NCBI GenBank assembly: GCA_002189035.1
Contig: NEEC01000009.1
Location: forward strand, 3,038,001-3,102,000
Length of the DNA stretch: 64,000 nucleotides
DNA from: Utricularia gibba
Lineage: Eukaryota; Plantae; Magnoliophyta
Direction: 5' to 3'
Shown: positions 24,094-35,527 of the stretch, in pieces
Layout of the letters: each line of letters opens with the position of its first letter
How positions within the stretch are numbered: the first letter of the stretch is position 1
Translations under genes and position numbers: made by a program
The notes under the pieces: generated by a model
What the model was told of the DNA's origin: nothing
Database searches by the model: none
Seen by the model: only the letters and a program-made list of their open reading frames with translations

Positions 24094-25966
24094 ATGGCGG
24101 CTGCAGCTTCCGTTTCAGCAGCGACCAGAGCCATCCTCACCTCACGCTCCACCTGCTTTTCTCTTAAACCTCCCTTACTGCCACCGGTTTCCCACCGTAT
24201 CCCTTTGGTTGCCGGAGCCCATGCCGCCCAGAAGAAGCGGTCCGCGGTTGCGTGCTTGGTTTCCGGTGTTGATGGGGGAGGGGTGTCCGATGAGTTTGTG
24301 TCCACTACAAGATCTGGGTTTGGAAGAGAATTCTCGGTTATAGCAAGTATGCTCAAGAGAATTGAGCCATTGGATAATTCGATATTTTCTAAGGCTGTTT
24401 CGGATTCGGCTAAAGATTCCATGAAGCAGACGATTTCAACGATGCTTGGGCTTTTGCCCTCTGATCGCTTCTCTGTGAGCATTAGGGTTTCGAGGCAGCC
24501 CCTTGACAATCTCATTGTATCATCTATCGTTACCGGGTAACTCATAGGAATCTATCCACTTGAAAAATGATTGAAGAGTTTCACTGTTACTATGCATTTT
24601 GAGTTTAGAAATTGGTCTTCTGCATACACATTGTTCGACTTGTTGATACAATCGTTGTGCAGCAGAATTTTTATTAAGTCCCTTTGATATTGTGGCTCGT
24701 TTTTCTTTTCAGATACACACTTTGGAATGCAGAGTACCGGATATCCTTGATACGGAACTTCGATGTTCCATTTGATTGTTCAGAACAGCCAAACCCTGTG
24801 GGGGACATGGGAGCCTTGAAGAAGTTGGATGATAGTTTCGAGAAAGGAGGTGAAGCAGAGACTGGTGGTGTTGAAGACTCCATGGACAACTTGGAGGCAA
24901 ATATTCGAACTTTCGGACAGTTGTCTCCAGAAGCATCACATTATATTCAGCAATTAGAATCAGAACTTGCTGCAATGAAGAAGGTGAGAAATTTTTGGGT
25001 TTGGCCACATGTATTACTTTGTGTCAGTTGTTTTGATATGAGAATTTTTCTTTATCTTGTGAGCTGTCGAGGTCTTTTGTTTGCTCTTTAGTCAGTCGTG
25101 TTGATATATCATAAGCAACTAGTAGATCGGTCGTCATGATGCATCACTTAATCCAACCTCACGTGTAAGACCTATTGACCTTCACCCTTCACTTGAACCT
25201 TCTTAGGAGATTGATTCCCAGAAAGAGGAAAACCTACGAATGGAGCAGTTGCAGCTTAGTGATAACAATCTGCTGGAGTTCTTAAGGTCCTTGCAGTCCG
25301 AAACGGTATAATTCTTTCAGTTGAACTTCCTCTAATTCTGATCAAAGCTCAGGTCTTGGTTTCTGGTATCACTCATCCATGAGGTTCATCTTTTAGGTAA
25401 TTGAATTGGCTAGGCCTTCATCGCCCGAGGTCGAGGAGATAATCCGTGAACTTTCACAAAGCACACTAAACAGATGTTTCTGTGATGAGGAGAACAACAA
25501 CTCCAGAGACATGGCTGACGAACCTTCTGATTCCATCTGCACCTCACGGGATTATTTGGCCAAGCTATTGTTCTGGTTAGTATCCAAGAGCCTCTTTTTC
25601 AATCTTAGGTAGCTGTCAAACTTAAGTTTGACTAAGTTATATATGACGTCCGGAAAACTCATGTTTATGAAAAGTAAGAAGTCTTGCATAAAAGTATTAT
25701 CAGCAGCAGGTTGTATAAAAGTCCAAAAGAGGTGGCCTTTTCAATTTTGATGAAAGTAAAAGTACACTGTAGCATGGAGACCCTTTACCTTTTCTAAACC
25801 CAAAATTAGACATTGTTATTTCTGTTTTAGGCTTTGGCAAAAGCCATATGAATCTGATGCACTTTGTTTTCTGCTTCTGTGTGGTGGTAGGTGCATGTTA
25901 CTCGGGCATCACCTGAGAGCGCTTGAGAACAGATTACAGCTGAGTTGCGTCGTTGGTTTGCTATGA
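24094..25966 (+). CDS. DUF760 family plastid-targeted protein, 5 exons
   Basis: Ala/Ser-rich transit peptide, EFSVIASMLKRIEPLD, MKQTISTMLGLLP, SSIVTGYTLWNAEYR, RDYLAKLLFWCMLLGHHLRALENRL; last exon ends TGA at 25964-25966. Confidence 0.88.
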
Positions 25967-26422
25967 ATTTGAAATTTTTACATATTCCAGGCTTCCTGTA
26001 AATGTTGGATTGCAAATAGCAGCAACAGCAATTGGATTAGTGTTACATAAAGCCAGATCATTCATTCAACCGTCACTCTACTCGATAAAAATGAGCATGA
26101 ACATTAGATGTGGTGGATGCCATTCTAAACAGTTCATGATCTGGGTGTTTTTCAGTTGCCTTGTTAAGGGCATATGCTTCATCAATAAACACATTTGCCA
26201 ACTTTTCTGTGTATATTCACGTAACAACATAAAGAAAGTGCACTCGCAGAAGCATCAGCTGATTTGATGTTTTAAAAATCTAGGCTTTCTTTCTGAAACA
26301 CCGCTTTTCTGAGCATTTTTAGCACAGGTTGTAGAAGCAGATTAGAGAAGCTCAAAAATCAAACATAAAACCGAATCTAAGCCCATTTGTCTTATGCAGG
26401 CAAGAAGACTAACGACTGCAGA

Positions 26423-26899
26423 TCAGAGTTGTACGTGATTGATTGCACGGGTGTTGGAAGCATCAGAGACTAACTGCTGCCTAAACATGGCAATGAATGC
26501 TTCAGCTCGTCGGTGCAATTCCTCCTTGGAAAGCTGATCATCCTCTTTTTCTCCTGCATTTTTCTCCTCATCGTCTTTTCTGCCCTTAACTTCCTCTTCT
26601 GTACTCTCCGCCCGTGCCATGTTGACTGAAATTTCTGCCGAAGCATCAGCGAAAACCATTTTCCTCTTCGCCCTCTTCCTCGGAGCCAGAGATGCAGGAG
26701 GAGTTTGGCAAGACGGGACTTGGGATTTAGAAGTGAATAGAATAGCTAATAACAAGAGGTTGAGAGCGAGGAAAACCCAGAAACGCCAATGCACAAACAC
26801 GGACACCGCCACTGCTCTCCCAAGACAAGCAGCCATGAATGTAGCTGTGCCTGCCGCGAACCTGATAGCCTCAAACTTACTACTACCGTCTCTAGCCAT
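26423..26899 (-). CDS. DUF761/DUF4408-like single-pass membrane protein, intronless, 158 aa
   Basis: FWVFLALNLLLLAILFTS hydrophobic segment, acidic linker, C-terminal ELHRRAEAFIAMFRQQL motif. Confidence 0.75.
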   Translation of the reverse strand: MARDGSSKFEAIRFAAGTATFMAACLGRAVAVSVFVHWRFWVFLALNLLLLAILFTSKSQVPSCQTPPASLAPRKRAKRKMVFADASAEISVNMARAESTEEEVKGRKDDEEKNAGEKEDDQLSKEELHRRAEAFIAMFRQQLVSDASNTRAINHVQL

Positions 26900-27751
26900 T
26901 TCTTGTTTTTCTTTTCGTGGTGCAGTAAATCTAACATGGTGTGCTTTTTTATAGCTGGAGGAAGTTTGATCGGACAAGAGAAGATGAAAGACAAGAGGCA
27001 AGGAGACAGTTTGGGTTGGGGCTTGTAGCAACAGTGGACAGCCTTATCATTGCTTCCATCTGAATGCCTCTGCCGTGTCCTTACGCGTGCGCGTATCCGA
27101 ATTGGGCACGACACTCGCAAGTTAAACATTTGTGCTTGCAACTTACTGGGCAGGCGATGAGTGAAAAAAACAATGCTTTACAGTAGTGGACTGTGGAGGA
27201 GTAATGTTGATCAGCAAGGAGACACCAAAGAAAAGTAATGGCGATAAAAAAAGGGGGATGGACAGTAGAGACAGAAAGGGCGGAGAGGGGATTGGTGAAG
27301 CGTGATGCTTTTTGGCCGGAGCCTGAAATGAGTGTCAATGGCTCAGGCGCTGGAGACAGTTTCAGACCAGGTTTATCTTCTTCCCCGGCACACTGACCAT
27401 GGGAATGAATTTGAATTATATAAATTATGGGGGTGAGTGGGAACATTAACAACAATACGTGGGCAAAAAAAGAAACAATGTATTCTCATTTCGCAGGAGT
27501 GGGGTCAGAAATGAAATAAACGAAGAAAGGAAGGGGCCCAAATAGAGGCGAATAATTAATTTATAGAGAGTATAAGGACTAAATAGGAAAAATAACAAGG
27601 AACAAAAAGTTGAGGCCTGGTCACATTACATACACTAATCCTGCCGCCTGCAACTGCATTTTCTGCTACCTGCCCTGGTCCAACCAAAGCCATGACGAGG
27701 AGGAGGCTCAAGATTCCTATTCATCATCACCATCTTGTTCATCTTCGCTCC

Positions 27752-29545
27752 ATGGGCTTCTCTGCACTCTTTCTTGCTCTGCTCTTCTATGCCACCGTCG
27801 CCGCCGAGGATGATGTCAGTTGCTTGCAGCAAGTGAGGACTTCGTTGACTGATCCGCGGGGGTCTCTGAGTAGATGGGACTTCGTCAATTCAACCGTCGG
27901 ATTCATATGCCGGTTCTCCGGCGTCACTTGTTGGAACGATTTCGAGAATCGAGTCCTAGGGCTTAACCTTCGGAATTTCGGCCTTCGTGGGACCATTCCT
28001 GATTCTCTTCAGCTGTGCCACACTATGCAGACCTTGAATCTCGCCGGTAACTCTCTCACTGGTTCCATTCCTTCTCAGATCTGCACATGGCTGCCCTATT
28101 TGGTCGACCTTGATCTGTCGCAGAATAGTTTGACCGGTCAAATACCGGAAGATCTAGCTAACTGCTCCTATCTGAATACCTTGATCTTGGATGGCAATAG
28201 GCTTTCTGGGAGTATTCCCTACCAGTTATCCAATTTAGGGAGGTTGAGAACTTTGTCTGTGGCTAATAATGATTTAACGGGAAGGGTTCCTACCTTCAGC
28301 CGTGGCGTGCAGCTTAATTTTGATGGTAATCATGGGCTTTGTGGGGGGTCCTTGGGGAGATGTGGTGGATTGAGTAGGAGGAGTTTGATTATTATAGTAG
28401 CAGCAGGTGCTTTTTGTGCTGCTGCTTCGTTATCTCTTGGGTTTGTTTTGTGGTGGTTCTACCACAGTGGGATGGGGAAAAGGACCAAGAGAGGCTACGG
28501 GATTGGTAAAAAGGACGATGGGAGTGGATGGGTTGAGGTTCTAAAGGCAAACAGGCTTACACAGGTTGTATTGTTTCAGAAGCCACTCGTGAAGGTTAAA
28601 GTGGCTGATTTGTTGGCTGCAACAAATAGCTTTGGCCCGAAGAGTGTTGTTTCTTCCAATAATTTGGGGGTAACCTACAAGGCTGAGCTTCCTGATGGAT
28701 CTGCGTTGGCAGTTAAGCGGCTGGATGGTTGTAAAATGGGGGAGAGGCTGTTTAAGATGGAGATGAATCGATTGGGACAACTGAGACATCCAAATTTGGT
28801 GCCACTACTGGGGTTTTGCTTGGTGGAAGGTGAGAAGCTTTTGGTGTATAAATACCTATCTAATGGCACTCTTTATTCCATGATGAGGAACAATGCCCCA
28901 CTTTTGGATTGGCGAACAAGGTTTAGAATTGCAGTGGGAGCTGCGAGAGGACTCGCATGGCTTCACCATGGTTGTCATCCTCACATTCTGCATCAGAACA
29001 TTTGCTCCGATGTGATTCTCCTAGATGAAGATATGGACGCTAGAGTGATGGACTTTGGTTTAGCCAGACTCATGACTGCAACGGAATCAAATGAGAGCAA
29101 CTTGGTAAATGGGAATTATGGTGAAGTTGGTTACACAGCTCCCGAGTATGCAAGCACCATGGTTGCTTCTGCCAAAGGAGATTCTTATGGTTTTGGAGTG
29201 GTGCTCCTTGAGTTGGCAACTGGTCTAAAGCCTCTTGATGTCACTGCCGCTGATGAGACATTCAAGGGCACCCTAGTAGAATGGGTGACCCAACTGGCTG
29301 CTTCTAGTAGAATCAAAGATGCTATCGACGGGCATCTACGAGGAAAGGGCCATGATGATGAGATCCTCACTATGCTGCGAATTGCTTGTAATTGTGTGGT
29401 TCCACAGCCAAAGGACCGATGGTCGATGTATCAAGTGTACGAGGCCTTGAAGGCCATGGACAGCAAGCATGGCTCGGAAGAGCACTACGATGAGTTCCCC
29501 CTCTTGTTTGGCAAGCAAGAGGCGCAAGATCCCCTTCGAGCTTGA
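27752..29545 (+). CDS. BIR2: LRR receptor-like pseudokinase, BIR2/BIR3-like, intronless
   Basis: Signal peptide, EDDVSCL..LTDP..W..CRFSGVTCWN cap, about 5 LRRs, TM, LFQKPLVKVK, kinase-fold domain with HQN instead of HRD and a degenerate Gly loop. Confidence 0.9.
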   Translation: MGFSALFLALLFYATVAAEDDVSCLQQVRTSLTDPRGSLSRWDFVNSTVGFICRFSGVTCWNDFENRVLGLNLRNFGLRGTIPDSLQLCHTMQTLNLAGNSLTGSIPSQICTWLPYLVDLDLSQNSLTGQIPEDLANCSYLNTLILDGNRLSGSIPYQLSNLGRLRTLSVANNDLTGRVPTFSRGVQLNFDGNHGLCGGSLGRCGGLSRRSLIIIVAAGAFCAAASLSLGFVLWWFYHSGMGKRTKRGYGIGKKDDGSGWVEVLKANRLTQVVLFQKPLVKVKVADLLAATNSFGPKSVVSSNNLGVTYKAELPDGSALAVKRLDGCKMGERLFKMEMNRLGQLRHPNLVPLLGFCLVEGEKLLVYKYLSNGTLYSMMRNNAPLLDWRTRFRIAVGAARGLAWLHHGCHPHILHQNICSDVILLDEDMDARVMDFGLARLMTATESNESNLVNGNYGEVGYTAPEYASTMVASAKGDSYGFGVVLLELATGLKPLDVTAADETFKGTLVEWVTQLAASSRIKDAIDGHLRGKGHDDEILTMLRIACNCVVPQPKDRWSMYQVYEALKAMDSKHGSEEHYDEFPLLFGKQEAQDPLRA

Positions 29546-29939
29546 GGGGTTACAGATTCATGTTCTTTTTTTGCAGTAGATGATGATGGTGTGTTCAGTG
29601 GTGCAAGATCCACACAGTTTCCCGATTCCCTCATTCTCGCTGTATAAAAATTTCACTCTGCTGAGTGCTGTATTTGTTGGTGTTGGGGGTTGCATATTAC
29701 CTAAAGATTAGCTTCAAACCAGGATTGTATTGCTCGCCCGACGGTAAATTTATTAAAATTAGAAACGACAGTAATACAAAGAACTAGAGGGATGGCATGC
29801 ATTGTCATCCTCAGCTTCAGGGTCGCCATTTCGATCATCTGGAGCTTGAGAGTTCGGCCAAGTGATCCAAGCAACAGGCAGTCTGTTCGTTTGAGTACTA
29901 AAATATTTCTGCTCTGACATTTCTAAGTGGCACATTAGT

Positions 29940-31056
29940 TCAGTAATCATAGTTTTCAGAGAGAATGGTGGGGATGTGAAGTTTCATTTCAATATCATGA
30001 GCCAAGATAGCCTCCACAAATGAGTCTGGAGTTGATGAAGAAGAAGCAGCGGCTGAATCAGCTGGCCATTTCTCCCGTAAGTTTCCCTGCCAGGAAACTG
30101 AGCTTTCCCTTTGCATCGAAAGAGACCTTAAGGTATCTAGAGATTTGCATACGGGCATTTGATCCCTGCTGTCTGAGTGCAAAACTGCTGTCCCTGAAGC
30201 GCATAAAGGGTTACATGAAGGCACCATCGGAACATGAGAGGGGTCACACAAGTCGGGTGGCATGCATTCGAACTGCATGATTCCATTCAAAGGCGAGAAT
30301 GCAACAGAAGAGGAGGCCTCATTGAAATCATGTGGATGTCGCAATTGAAACATGGTTTCTTCAACAGGAGTCAAGAGATCAGAGCAGCTGTATTGTTCAG
30401 GAATCACTGGTGGACTATTTTCATGCTTCCAAAAACCCTCATTTCCTGAGAACTTTGCATTCACAGCAGCAATCTTCCCGTATTCACTGAACAGCTGAGA
30501 GAATGGCTTGTGAGTCACAGGATCAATTCCCATTTTTTTTAGTTTCTTCTTCAGTTTAGTGTTCCAGTAGTTCTTCACATCGTTATCAGTTCTCCCTGGT
30601 AGCTGTTTAGCTATCAGGGACCACCTGATACATAGATAAAAATGGAAAATGTTGCAGTAGGAACCTTTTTAAACGTAGCCTATGGGAAGAAGAATATCAG
30701 CAATAACTTAACCTGCTCCCAATTGTTCTATGGAGTTCAATGATGCATTCCTCTTCCTCTGGGGTAAAACCATCATGTTTGAGATCCGGGCGCAAATAAT
30801 TTGTCCATCTGAGTCTACAGCTCTTCCCACATCTGTTCAGACCTATCAATACTCACAGGACAGATGGAATGATATCCGGTTTGCAGAAATGAACATTCTC
30901 TTGAATTGATCTTCGGATTATACCTGCTTTCTGTGGGACTAATGTCCAGTTCCCAACGCCATGGCTGGCTACATAAGCCAGAATCTTTGCATCTTCTTCT
31001 GGAGTCCAGGGACCTCGTTTGACATTCGATTTGTCACAGCATGGAGGCCTTCCCAT
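29940..31056 (-). CDS. MYB35: R2R3-MYB, MYB35/TDF1-like (tapetal development), 3 exons
   Basis: [51 protein letters not shown] and C-terminal [11 protein letters not shown] match the MYB35/MYB80 clade, closest to recalled TDF1. Confidence 0.85.
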
Positions 31057-31509
31057 GGAAGGAGAATGTGCTACAAAATGAAGAATGGCGAACCGAAAAC
31101 TTGGTGGTATGGTTTGTTGCTGTTTTTTCTTCAGAAGTTCTAAAGGGAGAGAGACATTTAACAAGTGAGGCAGCATGAAATGCATGTACCATGGCTCCAC
31201 TTCAACAACAAATACCTAACTTCTTCAGTCCATGGATTAGTCTAATAGAATCAAGACGCATCCCATGGCATTGATGCATATAATTTCTGGAACACGAATA
31301 AAGCTCACTTGATGAAAGTATTTAGCTCAATGGATGCCGTTCCACACATTCAGGATGCTACAACAAGGATGATAAAACACACAAAGATAACTAACTACAT
31401 CAAGAAGTTTCAGTCTAGGGGCTCATGCATCAACCAAGTATAAATTACATGTCAGTCATTTGTATTCATAACATGGATGGCTTTGCTAATGATATTTCCG
31501 TTTCTAAGA

Positions 31510-33204
31510 TCAGCAAACCTTGCAGCTCCTACGACAGTGACCCACCGAACCTTTTGAACCAACCATGTAAAGAGGGTTCTTCTCGCACTCGCCACTGAGG
31601 GCCCAGGCAACGCAGTTTGCGTTGTCATCATCACAACCAGTTGATTCAGGTACCACCTTGTCAAACGACCTCACATGAATCCACTTGGTTGCGGACCATT
31701 TCTCACCTTCGATAACAGGGCAACTCCCATGCAAGCTCAAGGGATCCGTAGTTGCATCTGGATGCAGACTGAAAAACAAGAGCGCATCTCCTCTATAAGG
31801 TTTCACTGAGAAAAAACAAACAGGCAGGTAAGTATAAAGCTTCATTCACTTGTTTCCTCACATTTCTCCATTTTCACGCATCAAAATCACCTGCATAGCC
31901 TTGTTTGGCACATTCTGACCTTTCTTCACCATTCTTCTGTTTAGCTCTCTCCTGAACGGTTCATAAATTAACGTTGCAGGCCAAGAAAAGAGTAGAAACT
32001 CATGAAAACCAAGAATCAGTTTCAGTACCTCTGAATTTGGGAAAACGGTTTCTCCACCCTTTGCAACATCTGACAAATACATAAGCACAGTAGCTATACG
32101 GTGTCCACCCAGCTTTTGATTAGCCTCATCATGGAAATAGTCAAAATGGGGTTCGTACTTTTGGCCATGCTCATAATGCAAAATTTGAATTGCCTCCCCA
32201 TTCTCTGTGTACCAACATTGCAGAAATAGTAGAATCAAAGCAATAAAATGTGTTACAAGGTCCTTCATTTTACTTTGCTTTACCTTTGGGGAGAAAAGTC
32301 CAGGCAGCTATTCTTGCCTCAATACGAGCGACCACATCATCCTTCAAACAGAGCAAACAAGGAGACACAGTTTGGTCTCTTAAACTAATAACGGCATGAA
32401 TGCATTCAACATAAAAAAAAAAAAAAAAAACGTTCTGAATACAGATACACGACCATTTAACAATGAACACGTCATTCACTGCCATTCACAACATCAAAAA
32501 GAGAAGCTAAGGGAGCATCATACCACATGGTGATGCAGATTAGATTTACCTGTTCCTTTGCAAGAAACATTCCAGAACTCGTTCTGACCTCACTTTCGAC
32601 ACTCTTTCCAGATTCATTATCAGCTACCATAGATTTTTCCAGTTTATCCTTCGCCTATAAACAAACGATGCACCAGAGTAGCAGCAAAAGCACTCTGATT
32701 AAGATTTGCTTCTGACCACTCCAAGGAAAAAAAAAATGGAAATGATATGGACAAAAAACAGGCATCATACAAGTGAACGTGCAACCAAATTAAGAAATAT
32801 ATCTGACCAGAAAAATCAGATGATCGCACTCTTCATGAGTCAAGAATCCCTTGTACAAAAAAGCCCTGAACAAATACAGTTAACAACTAAAACAGGAAGT
32901 CTAACAGAAGAAAGGGATAAAAACATCACATTCAACAAAAAGATTCAAATAGACAACCTGGGCTTCCAAGATATCTGTATGGCTCGGGTCGGATCAAATG
33001 CAGGAGACCAAGCCCCAGTCGTCAGTTTCAGTGCAGATTCCTCCCTGAAGAAACCCATCAAAGAAGGAAACTGAGATCAGCCACCGATCTACATTATGAA
33101 CCAAACGCACGATTCAATGAGAAACAGAAGAAAAATCCCCGGTACCCATAAGAGCATTGAACCAGAAAACAAAAAGAAATCAACAGGAGAAATCTTGCGT
33201 CCAT
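31510..33204 (-). CDS. Prolyl 4-hydroxylase with C-terminal ShKT-like Cys domain (P4H7-like), multi-exon
   Basis: Signal/anchor MDARFLLLISFCFLV, FDPTRAIQISWKPR, SEVRTSSGMFL, YEPHFDYF (HxD), GGETVFP, SLHGSCPVIEGEKWSATKWI, C-terminal GECEKNP.YM.G...C..SC..C. Confidence 0.92.
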
Positions 33205-33905
33205 GGAGAGCGCAGCGCAACACGCAAAAATCTTTCCTTTTTCCACGTTTTAGCCAAAATCTTCAGTTTCCGTTCGCTGGGTATCAAAATCTTCGCCTCC
33301 GTTGAAATACTGCGTAGGTATCAGGACAGTCTTCCCCGCCCACTGGATCCTCCGCCCATTGGGTATTCAGTCAAGTGATACTTAATTCTACGCGTAATTA
33401 AGAACTGGGGTTTATCATTAATAATATTCCTAATACGCGTATTCTGGTAACTCTCTATTAATCTAACGTCAAAACAAAAGGTATTTCCCGTAATTAAGGG
33501 GTTTCCCAATTTAGGGCCCTAATTGCAAATTAAGCAGAGTTATGGAATGATAAGCAAATCAAGCACAATAAAAGCTAATAATGAAATGGAAAAAAAAAAT
33601 CATTGAAATTAAAATATTATTTAAATGTTTTTATTTAGAAAAAGAATAATAATAATGGTGAAATACAATTTTCCAAATATCTTATATATTAGCGTGCAAG
33701 ATCTCCACGTGTCATTTGATCATGAGGTGAAAGACAACAGGGTTCGGGTTTGATCGATCTTCTGCTATGGTGGATGCTTTTTCTGTAAACAGTTGACGAG
33801 AGATCGGAGATGCTCTCCCTGCTTCTACCGGAGGAGATTCATTCGTTTATTTTGAAATCGAACTACAGAGGAAGAAGCAAGACAAAAACAGAGGTACGGA
33901 CGCTC

Positions 33906-35527
33906 TCAGAAGAATTCCAGCTCCAGGTAGGAGGTGGACGATCTCATCGACTCCACGTTACCGGAAGGCGTCTTCCATGTCTCGTTTTCGGAGGCAAGAT
34001 CGTAGGGTGCGGGGATCACCGGCGGGGTAGAGGATCGTATGAGCGCCCAGTTCACGCCCTCGAAAAAAGGGTGCTTCTTGATCTCTGCTGCGCCTTTTCT
34101 GAATCCCATTCTCTTCTGCGGCTCCTTCACCAGCAGCCTCCCGATCAGGTCCTTTGCTGAGGAGCTCGTTTGCGCGCCGCTGGGGAAGGAAACCTTCTGC
34201 CCGACAACGTTGAACAGAGTCTCCCGGTCCCCTTTGCTCCCCTTGAAAGGCGTTTTCCCGTGGAGGAGCTCGTATATGAACACCCCAAATGTCCACCAGT
34301 CAACGGCGCTGCCATGCCCATCTCCTCTGATGATCTCTGGAGCCAAGTACTCGTGAGTTCCCACAAAGGAATTTGATCGTGCGCCTGTTGGCTCGGCGAC
34401 GAGAAGATACGGACTTGCGGGCGATGAACGTGCTGCTGATCCCCTGTTTTCTTTTCTCGTGTTGAAGAAACGGGGTTTGAAGCATGTGGGCTGGAAGCAC
34501 GACGGCTCTGCGCAGACGGGGAGTTGGCAAGACGGGCTGTCGCAAGGTTTCGAGGAAATGAGAGTTGGATTCACAGTGCATTTTAGCGATAGATCGAAAT
34601 CGGAGAGCATTATGTGGCCATCTTCTCTGATCAGAACGTTCTCTGGTTTCAAGTCTCTGTATATCACGCCCATCATGTGAAGATATTCAAGGCCAAGAAG
34701 CACTTCTGCAGCATAGAATCTGCAGCAGAGAAAATCCAGTAAACAGAATGAATGCCAAAAAGGAAGCAGACGACGGTGGCAATATCAAACCTGACTGCTT
34801 TCTCTGAAAACCGCTTCTCCGGCTGAAGTTGACGGAGCAAATGTAGATCGCCGCCGCAGCAGAACTCCATCAGGAAGCAAGAGAATTTATCAGTCTCGAA
34901 ATGGGAGTAGAGAGTTGGGAGAAAAGGGTGATCGAGTGAAGCCAGAATGTCTCTCTCTGTTTTCGCTCTCTCCACTTTCTTTCTGCTCACCAGCATCGAT
35001 CTGTCCATCACCTTCATCGCGAAAACACACCCCGTTCCTCTCAATTCAGCAAGATAAACACTACCAATATCACCAAAGCCCAGTTTCTTCACGAGCCGGA
35101 AATTGGAGAACCCCAGTTCACCCTCGCTAGCCACCACATGCTGAACACATTCCCACTTCAGATCGTTCCCTTGATGAGGCTTCGACGTGCAATAACCTCT
35201 AGAACTCGATTCTTTCCCCTCGAACGCACCGCAGACACTAACAGAACTCCGATTGCTGACATCATTCGCCTCCCCGCGCTTATCAACCACGTCCCCGTCG
35301 CTCAATTTACTGCAACTAGCAGCGGAGGTGCTGGTATTATCAGAACCAGAAAGCTTGCTGCTACAGAAATCAAGACTGGGACTTGAGCTTTCGGGAAAAA
35401 TGGCCTTCATCATCAGACTCCAATAGAAGGAACCCAGAATAAGTTTGGATGAATGGCGGAAAAGGGGAAGCTTTAAAGGAGCGAAAAGGGGAGGGGGGCC
35501 AGTCAAAGACAGAGAAATGCGCGCCAT
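33906..35527 (-). CDS. AGCVIII Ser/Thr kinase (D6PK/PAX-like group), 2 exons
   Basis: [32 protein letters not shown] in place of [20 protein letters not shown]-terminal YLELEFF; intron 34720-34790. Start uncertain (first ATG 35527, next near 35413). Confidence 0.9.

Noticed and set aside
29170-29183. TGCCAAAGGAGATT matches the first 14 nt of miR399
   Set aside because: Same sense as the miRNA, inside the BIR2 CDS, diverges afterwards and has no hairpin partner; coincidence.
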